Below, in pieces: positions 57,636 to 64,000 of a DNA stretch of 64,000 nt. Within the stretch, counting starts at the first letter, position 1, and every line of letters starts with the position of its first letter. Under the pieces are notes generated by a model. The model had not been told where the DNA came from, made no database searches, and saw only the letters and a list, made by a program, of their open reading frames with translations. The DNA is from Aeromicrobium sp. (GTDB lineage Bacteria; Actinomycetota; Actinomycetes; Propionibacteriales; Nocardioidaceae). Location of the stretch: positions 194,718-258,717 of the forward strand of contig NZ_JAGLCD010000004.1 in the NCBI RefSeq assembly GCF_023146395.1. Direction: 5' to 3'. A program made the position numbers and the translations under genes.

Positions 57636-58250
57636 ATGGGCCCCGCACGTCACGGTGGAGTCGTCCGCGTCGGCCTGACCGGCGGTATCGGCTCGGGCAA
57701 GAGCACCGTCAGCGCGCTGCTGCGCGACCACGGTGCCGTCATCGTCGACTACGACCAGATCGCGCGTGAGGTCGTCGAGCCCGGGACCCCGGGCCTGGCC
57801 GCGATCGTCGAGCGCTTCGGCCCCGAGGTCCTGGGGGCTGACGGCTCGCTCGACCGGCCGGCCCTCGGTGCGATCGTCTTCGCCGACGAGTCGGCGCGAC
57901 GCGATCTCGAGGCCATCACGCATCCCGCGGTCAGGGCACGCGCGGCCGAGCTGGAGGGGCGCGCCGGGCCCGGCGACGTCGTGGTGCACGACATCCCGCT
58001 CCTGGCGGAGTCAGGTGAACGCGGGCCCTACGACGTCGTCGTGGTCGTCGACGTCCCCCGCGAGGTGCAGGTCGACCGGCTCGTGCGCGACCGCGGCATG
58101 TCGCTCGACGAGGCGCAGGCCCGCATCGGCGCGCAGGCGTCCCGGGACGACCGAGCCGCTGTCGCCGACGTCATCGTCGACAACAGCGGCTCCCTCGAGG
58201 AGCTGACCGCCAGGGTGCGTGACCTGTGGCGGGAGCTCTCGGCCGGTTAG
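57636..58250 (+). CDS. coaE: Dephospho-CoA kinase
   Basis: VGLTGGIGSGKSTV, LDRPALG..VF, LEAITHP, DIPLL. The exact start is uncertain. Confidence 0.93.
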   Translation: MGPARHGGVVRVGLTGGIGSGKSTVSALLRDHGAVIVDYDQIAREVVEPGTPGLAAIVERFGPEVLGADGSLDRPALGAIVFADESARRDLEAITHPAVRARAAELEGRAGPGDVVVHDIPLLAESGERGPYDVVVVVDVPREVQVDRLVRDRGMSLDEAQARIGAQASRDDRAAVADVIVDNSGSLEELTARVRDLWRELSAG

Positions 58251-59200
58251 GCCGCCAGGTCGGGGTCGGCGATGCGACGCAGGGTCGCCAGCGCCTCGCG
58301 CTCGAGCTGACGCACCCGCTCGGCACTGATGCCGTGCCGCTTGCCGATGTCGGCGAGCTTCTGCTGACGACCGTCGAGCAGGCCGAAGCGGGAACGGACG
58401 ATGTCGGCCTCACGGTCGCCGAGGTGGTCGATCAGACCGCCGAGCAGCTGTCGGGTGGCATCGGACATGACGCTCTCGTCCGGCCCCGGCGCCTGCTCGC
58501 GGGCGATCAGGTCACCCAGCGAGGTGTCGCCGTCGTCGTCGACCGGCGTGTCGAGGCTGACGTGGTCGCGGCCCCAGGCCATCAGGTCGATGACGCGGTC
58601 GACGTCCATGTCGAGCACGATCGCGATCTCGGCCGGATCCGGGTCGTAGCCGAGCTCGCGCTCCAGGTTGCGACGTGCCGCCGTGACCTGGTTGAGCTCC
58701 TCGACGACGTGCACGGGGAGCCGGACGACGCGGGCCTGCTGCGCGATGCCGCGCGTGATGGCCTGACGCACCCACCACGTGGCGTACGTCGAGAACTTGA
58801 AGCCCTTGCTGTAGTCGAACTTCTCGACCGCGCGGATCAGGCCCGTGTTGCCCTCCTGCACCAGGTCGAGCATCGGCATCGCCGAGCGACCGTACTTGCG
58901 GGCGATCGACACGACCAGGCGCAGGTTGGCCTGGATGAACTCCTGCATCGCGTGCTCGCCCTCGGCGGCGATCCACTCGAGCTCCTCCAGGCTGGCGCGC
59001 TTGGGCGCTCCGCCCTTGGCGCGGCCGACGCGGCCGTTGTCGATCAGGTGCTGGGCGAACAGACCCGCCTCGATCGTGCGGCTCAGCTCGACCTCACGCT
59101 GCGCGTCGAGGAGAGGGGTCCGTGCGATCTCGGCCAGGTACATGCCGACGCTGTCCTTGTTCTCGGACTCGCGGACTCGGGTGTCCGTCTTCATGCTCAT
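58247..59200 (-). CDS. Group 2 sigma-70 factor (SigB/HrdD-like)
   Basis: Region 1.2 DSVGMYLAEI, ANLRLVVSIA, DLVQEGNTGLIRAVEKFD, FSTYATWW, ERVRQLE. Confidence 0.92.
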   Translation of the reverse strand: MSMKTDTRVRESENKDSVGMYLAEIARTPLLDAQREVELSRTIEAGLFAQHLIDNGRVGRAKGGAPKRASLEELEWIAAEGEHAMQEFIQANLRLVVSIARKYGRSAMPMLDLVQEGNTGLIRAVEKFDYSKGFKFSTYATWWVRQAITRGIAQQARVVRLPVHVVEELNQVTAARRNLERELGYDPDPAEIAIVLDMDVDRVIDLMAWGRDHVSLDTPVDDDGDTSLGDLIAREQAPGPDESVMSDATRQLLGGLIDHLGDREADIVRSRFGLLDGRQQKLADIGKRHGISAERVRQLEREALATLRRIADPDLAA

Positions 59201-59232
59201 GTGCGCCTCCCAATGGTGGGTCTGTACGGGGT

Positions 59233-59259
59233 CAACGCACGGGGTGTCCGGAGGATTCC
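59233..59259 (-). promoter_or_regulatory. SigH/SigE/SigR-type ECF promoter of the sigma gene
   Basis: GGAAT-N18-GTTG on the minus strand. Confidence 0.8.
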
Positions 59260-59319
59260 ACTCTCAGTCTGTTCTTAGGCCGGAATTTCCGGCGTGTCGC
59301 GGCTCACGGAGGTCGTGGT

Positions 59320-61464
59320 TCACGCCGGTCGCGGGGCCGCGGTGTCGATGATCCACGCGAGCTCGAACGCCCGCTCGCGCCAGGAGTCGTAGCGACCGCT
59401 CACGCCGCCGTGGCCGGCGTGCATCTCGGTCTTGAGCAGGATCGGTGCGTCACCCGTCGTGGTGGCGCGCAGACGGGCGACCCACTTGGCCGGCTCGACC
59501 ACGCTGACGCGCGTGTCGTGCAGGCTCGTGACCGCCAGGATCGCGGGATACGGGCGGGCGGCCACGTTCTCGTAGGGCGTATATGACTTCATGTACGCGT
59601 AGACGTCCAGGTCGTGCAAAGGATCGCCCCACTCGTCCCACTCGATGACGGTGAGCGGCATCGACGGGTCCAGGATCGTCGTCAGGGCGTCGACGAACGG
59701 CACGGCGGCCAGCACGCCGCGGAAGGCGTCCGGCGCCAAGTTCGTGACCGCGCCCATCAGCAGGCCGCCGGCGCTGCCGCCCTCGGCGACCAGGCGGTCG
59801 TGGCTGGTCCACCCCTCGGCCACGAGGTGCTGGGCCGCGGCGACGAAGTCGGTGAACGAGTTCTTCTTGTGCAGGAGCTTGCCGTCGTCGTACCAGGAGC
59901 GCCCCATCTCACCGCCACCGCGGACGTGCGCCACCGCGAACACGAATCCGCGGTCCAGCAGCGACAGCCGCGCGACCGACAGGCCCGGGTCGATGCTGAT
60001 CTCGTAGGCGCCGTAGCCGTAGAGCAGCGCGGGCGCGGTGCCGTCGCGCGGCGTGTCGGCCCGGGCGACGATCGAGACCGGGATCAGGGTGCCGTCGTCG
60101 CCCGTGGCCCAGGACCGGTGCTGGACGTAGTCGGCCGGGTCGTACCCGCCGAGAACCTCGGCCTGCTTGCGCAGGACCGTCTCGAAGGTGTCGGGATCGA
60201 GGTCGAGCACGGCCGCCGGGGTGACGAACGAGCCCACGCCGATCCGCACCAGCGGCTGGTCCCACTCGGCGTTCGCCCCGAGGCCGGCGGAGAAGAGCTC
60301 CTCGTCGAACGGCACCTCCCGCAGGGGACCGAACCCGCCGGGCTGCGCGGGGTCGATCGACGCCACGCCGATCCGGGTCAGCGCGGCGCGGCGGTAGGAC
60401 ACGAACAGGTGCCGCGCGAACACGTCGACGTCCTCCAGGCGCAGGTCGGGCTGCGCCGCCACAACGACCCGGCCGACGCGGGCGGAGGCCAGGGGGGTCG
60501 TGAGGACCGGCTCGAGGTCGGTCGCGACGAGCTCGAAGTCCGGAGCGCCGTCGTTGTGCAGGACCAGCAGCACGTCGGTCCCGCCCACGACGGCGTGCTC
60601 GATCGAGTACTCGACGCCTGTGCTGCGCTCGAGGACGACACGGAACTCGCCCTCGGGGTCGTCGGCCGGGAGCAGCCGGGACTCGCTCGTGATCTTGGAC
60701 GACGCGCCGATCACGAGGTACTTCTCCGACTGGGTGCGCCCGACGCCGGTGAAGAAGCGCTCGTCGGCCTCCTCGTGCACGAGCACGTCCTCGCTGACCG
60801 GTGTGCCGAGGCGGTGTCGCCAGACCCGGTGGGGCCGCCACGCGTCGTCGACGGTCGTGTAGAAGACGTGGGTGCCACCGGCCGACCACGTCGCGCCGCC
60901 GCTCGTGCCGGGGATCTCGTCGGCCAGGTCCTCGCCCCTGCGCAGATCCTTGAACCGGATCGTGTAGCGCTCGTCGCCGGTGGTGTCGGTCGAGTAGGCC
61001 AGCAGCGTGTCGTCGTCGGTCAGGCTGAAGGCGCCGAGCGAGAAGAACTCGTGCCCCTCGGCCAGCGCGTTGGAGTCGAGCAGCACCTGCTCGCCGGGAG
61101 CCTCGACACCGGCCTCGATCTCCGGCGGGTCCCAGTTGTCGGGGGTGGCGGGACAGCGACTGCGGATCGCGTACGACAGGCCCTCGACGGTGCGGCTGAA
61201 GTACCACCAGTCACCGTGGCGCACCGGGACCGAGAGGTCGGTCTCGCGCGTACGTGCCTTGATCTCGCCGAAGACCGTCTCCCGCAGGTCCGCGAGGTGG
61301 GCGGTGCGCGCCTCGGTGTGGGCGTTCTCGGCCTCGAGCAGCGCGCGGACGTCCGGATCCTCGACGTCCCGCAACCACTCGTAGTCGTCGACGAACTCGT
61401 CGCCGTGAAAGCGCCGGACGGTCGGTCGGACGTCGGCGAGGGGGGCGTCGTGGGATCCGGTCAT
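59320..61464 (-). CDS. ptrB: Oligopeptidase B (S9A)
   Basis: DDYEWLRD, YGYGAYE, HVRGGGE, GGSAGG, DTRV, AGHGG triad motifs. Confidence 0.93.
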   Translation of the reverse strand: MTGSHDAPLADVRPTVRRFHGDEFVDDYEWLRDVEDPDVRALLEAENAHTEARTAHLADLRETVFGEIKARTRETDLSVPVRHGDWWYFSRTVEGLSYAIRSRCPATPDNWDPPEIEAGVEAPGEQVLLDSNALAEGHEFFSLGAFSLTDDDTLLAYSTDTTGDERYTIRFKDLRRGEDLADEIPGTSGGATWSAGGTHVFYTTVDDAWRPHRVWRHRLGTPVSEDVLVHEEADERFFTGVGRTQSEKYLVIGASSKITSESRLLPADDPEGEFRVVLERSTGVEYSIEHAVVGGTDVLLVLHNDGAPDFELVATDLEPVLTTPLASARVGRVVVAAQPDLRLEDVDVFARHLFVSYRRAALTRIGVASIDPAQPGGFGPLREVPFDEELFSAGLGANAEWDQPLVRIGVGSFVTPAAVLDLDPDTFETVLRKQAEVLGGYDPADYVQHRSWATGDDGTLIPVSIVARADTPRDGTAPALLYGYGAYEISIDPGLSVARLSLLDRGFVFAVAHVRGGGEMGRSWYDDGKLLHKKNSFTDFVAAAQHLVAEGWTSHDRLVAEGGSAGGLLMGAVTNLAPDAFRGVLAAVPFVDALTTILDPSMPLTVIEWDEWGDPLHDLDVYAYMKSYTPYENVAARPYPAILAVTSLHDTRVSVVEPAKWVARLRATTTGDAPILLKTEMHAGHGGVSGRYDSWRERAFELAWIIDTAAPRPA

Positions 61465-62771
61465 GGCTCGACGCTACTGACGAACGGGCGGACCGACAGG
61501 GCGGGGTCGTCGACCGGAAAGGTCTTGACCGGCCCCGACGGGGACTCGCGCGTCTCGAACCGCACCGTGACGCGGCCCAGTCCGGACCCCCAGACCCAGC
61601 CGTCGCCGTGCTCGGCGTGCGTGACGTCCTCCCCGGGGGTCCACCCACGGCGCCGTCGACGCTCGTCGCGCGAGGGCAGAGGACCCAGGTCCTCCTCGGT
61701 CTCGGGCGGCGTGAACAGGTCGTCCTGGACCCAGTCGGCCAGACCGCTGACGCCCACCCCGAGCAGCCGGAGACCGCCGCCGAGATCCTCGGCGTCGAGC
61801 AGGCGGCGAGCCGTCTCGGCGAGGACGCGTCCGCTGTCGGTCGGCCCGCTGAGCGTCGTGGACCGGGTGTGCGTCTCGAAGTCGTGGTAGCGCACCTTCA
61901 GCGTCACGGTGCGGCCGGAGAGGCTGTTCGCGCGCAGGCGCTGGCCGACACGCCTCGCCATCTGCTCGGCGATCTCGCTCAGGAGCGTGCGGTCGACCAG
62001 ATTGGTCTCGAACGTGTCCTCGACGCTGACCGACTTGGTCTCGCGGGTCGCCTCGACGGGACGGTCGTCGTCGGCGCGGGAGAGGCGGTAGAGCGACTCG
62101 GCCGAGGACGCCCCCACGTGAGCCCCGAGATCGTCGACCGAGAAGCGTCGCAGGTCCTCGACCGTCGCGACACCCAGGCGTCGCAGACGTTCGGCGGTCG
62201 CCGGCCCGACCCCGGGGATCGCGGTGACCTGCATGGGGCCGAGCACGTCGGCCTCCGTGCCGGGCTGCACGACGAACGCGCCGTCCGGCTTGTTGATCTC
62301 GCTGGCGATCTTGGCCATGAGCTTGCTGGAGGCGACGCCGACCGACGCGGTCAACCCGTGCGTCAGCCGGACGACGTCGGCTCGGAGCGTCGCGACCAGC
62401 TCGTCGACGTGACGGGGGTCGAAGGTCTCGCCCGCCGCGAGGTCCACGAACGCCTCGTCGAGCGAGAGCGGCTGCACGACGGGGGAGAGCTCGCGCAGTC
62501 GGGCCATGACGATGCCGCTGGCCTCGCGATAGGCCTCGAAGCGCCCACCGAGGAAGGCCGCGTGCGGGCACCGGGCCCGAGCCTCGGCCGCGCTCATGGC
62601 CGATCTGACCCCGAACTTCCGCGCCTCGTAGGACGCGGTCGACACGACGCCACGGGCCCCGACCCCACCCACGACGACCGGCTTCCCGCGCAACGACGGC
62701 TTGTCGCGCTGCTCGACGGAGGCGAAGAAGGCGTCCAGGTCCAGGTGCAGGATCGACGCCGTGGACCGCAT
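61461..62771 (-). CDS. dinB: DNA polymerase IV
   Basis: HLDLDAFFASVEQ, STASYEAR, LSLDEAF, AKIASEINKPDG, RLLGVG; C-terminal GDGWVWGSG extension. Confidence 0.94.
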   Translation of the reverse strand: MRSTASILHLDLDAFFASVEQRDKPSLRGKPVVVGGVGARGVVSTASYEARKFGVRSAMSAAEARARCPHAAFLGGRFEAYREASGIVMARLRELSPVVQPLSLDEAFVDLAAGETFDPRHVDELVATLRADVVRLTHGLTASVGVASSKLMAKIASEINKPDGAFVVQPGTEADVLGPMQVTAIPGVGPATAERLRRLGVATVEDLRRFSVDDLGAHVGASSAESLYRLSRADDDRPVEATRETKSVSVEDTFETNLVDRTLLSEIAEQMARRVGQRLRANSLSGRTVTLKVRYHDFETHTRSTTLSGPTDSGRVLAETARRLLDAEDLGGGLRLLGVGVSGLADWVQDDLFTPPETEEDLGPLPSRDERRRRRGWTPGEDVTHAEHGDGWVWGSGLGRVTVRFETRESPSGPVKTFPVDDPALSVRPFVSSVEP

Positions 62772-62861
62772 GGACCCATTGTCGCCGTCCACAGGCGCGC
62801 GGCATCCACAGGCGTCGTCGAGCACCTGTCGCCGATCGCGTCAGCGACCGAGCGTGGAGTC

Positions 62862-63953
62862 ATGAGCAGACGACCTTCCACTCGACCGACCGCCCGCCCC
62901 GATGGGGAGCCCGACTCCGTCTTCACCGCCCACGACGTCGCCGACGTGCTTGCGACCGTCCCGACGATGTTCGGCTTCCGGCCCGCCGAGTCCTTCGTCG
63001 CGATCGCGACCTACGGGCCTCGCCGCCGCTTCGGCTTCTCCCTGCGGCTCGACCTGCCCGATCTCGACCAGGCCGATGCCGCCGCGGACGTGGCGGTGCA
63101 GCACCTGCGGCGCCAGGGCGCGGACGGCGCGATCCTGCTCGGGATCTCGGAGGACCACGAGCGTGCGGAGGCGGTCGTGCGGGCCGGGCTCGCGCGGCTG
63201 GAGCCCGACATCACGCCGGTCGTGGTCGCCTGGGCCGACGGCCAGCGCTACTGGGAGCCGCTGCCGCGCTTCCCGCGGCGCGGTGTCAGGTACGAGGCCC
63301 CGGCGCACCACGAGGCCGTCGTCCGGGCCGTCGCGGCCGGCCAGGAGGTGCTGGCCGACCGCGAGCAGCTCGTGGCGCGGTTCGCCGGGTGCACCGGAGC
63401 GGTCCTCGACACCATGGCGGACGCGACGGAGGCCGAGCTCGACCGGATCCTTCGGCTGTTCGGCGAGAACCCGACCGACTCCACGCTCGTCGGCGCCGCG
63501 ATGAGCGAGCTCGATCCGATCCTCGACCGCGCCCTCCACGAGCAGGAGCGGCTGCACGACCGGGAGGTGGCGGTGATCTCCCTGTGGTGCGCGTCGGTCA
63601 TGGTCCGCGACGAGCTGATGTCGCGGATCAACCGCGACACCGCGCGCGACTGGCTTCGGGTGCTGACCGACGTCTCCGGGCGCGTGGTCGCTCCGTTCGT
63701 GCCCTCAGTCCTGTGCCTCGCGGGGTTCGCGGCGTACCTGACCGGCGACGGCGCCCAGGCGGTCATCGCCCTGGAGCGGTCACTGAAGGCCGATCCGCAG
63801 CACCGCCTGAGCCTGCTGCTGATGCAGCTGATCCAGGGCGGGGTCTCGCCGGAGCAGTACGAGGCGATGGGCGAGATGACGATCGTCGAGGCCCAGAAGG
63901 ATCGGGCCGAGCGCGAGCGCACGTTGCGTCTCCTGCGGGAGCGCTCGGCCTGA
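62862..63953 (+). CDS. DUF4192-like hypothetical protein
   Basis: DVLATVPTMFGFRPAESFV, LRLDLP, VRD, GDGAQA..AL motifs. Confidence 0.75.
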   Translation: MSRRPSTRPTARPDGEPDSVFTAHDVADVLATVPTMFGFRPAESFVAIATYGPRRRFGFSLRLDLPDLDQADAAADVAVQHLRRQGADGAILLGISEDHERAEAVVRAGLARLEPDITPVVVAWADGQRYWEPLPRFPRRGVRYEAPAHHEAVVRAVAAGQEVLADREQLVARFAGCTGAVLDTMADATEAELDRILRLFGENPTDSTLVGAAMSELDPILDRALHEQERLHDREVAVISLWCASVMVRDELMSRINRDTARDWLRVLTDVSGRVVAPFVPSVLCLAGFAAYLTGDGAQAVIALERSLKADPQHRLSLLLMQLIQGGVSPEQYEAMGEMTIVEAQKDRAERERTLRLLRERSA

Positions 63954-63973
63954 CCCCGCCCTACGCTGTCGGC

Positions 63974-64000
63974 ATGGGTCAGGACGTCGACCACCAGGAG
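63974..64000 (+). CDS. Start of next gene (MGQDVDHQE...), truncated by window edge
   Basis: TACGCT -10 6 nt upstream of the ATG. Only 9 codons are visible, so the product cannot be assigned. Confidence 0.4.

Noticed and set aside
63974-64000. Calling the truncated last ORF a glutamate-cysteine ligase family protein
   Set aside because: Nine codons are insufficient evidence.

Overview
High-GC actinobacterial chromosomal segment. Gene content and order suggest a non-mycolata lineage such as Nocardioidaceae (inference). It is mostly core genome: dinG, galE, lexA, a LysM cell-division-inhibitor-like gene, dps, nrdR-nrdJ, ohrR-ohr, an SNF2 helicase, thioredoxin, cspA, an M6 protease, xthA, a menJ-like reductase, yhhQ/tgt, rmuC, cbs-metB, rpsA, coaE, a group-2 sigma factor, ptrB and dinB. 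I saw no rRNA, tRNA, CRISPR array, IS or prophage. The most notable region is a ~15 kb cell-envelope glycan locus (35.6-51.0 kb). It resembles the mycobacterial Rv0224c-Rv0228/aftD(Rv0236c)/Rv0236A cluster, but carries an embedded nonulosonic-acid (probably Kdn) module with two paralogous putative transferases. Other leads are an orphan PD-(D/E)XK restriction-like nuclease after nrdJ, a hypothetical protein behind a canonical PafBC/RecA-NDp-type promoter, and a SigH/SigR-type promoter heading a TPR-M50-tgt operon. There are also four small ORFs missed by the ORF track, a REP-like repeat family, and readable SOS, NrdR, Crp and MarR-type sites. All family assignments come from recognising motifs by eye; no searches were run.
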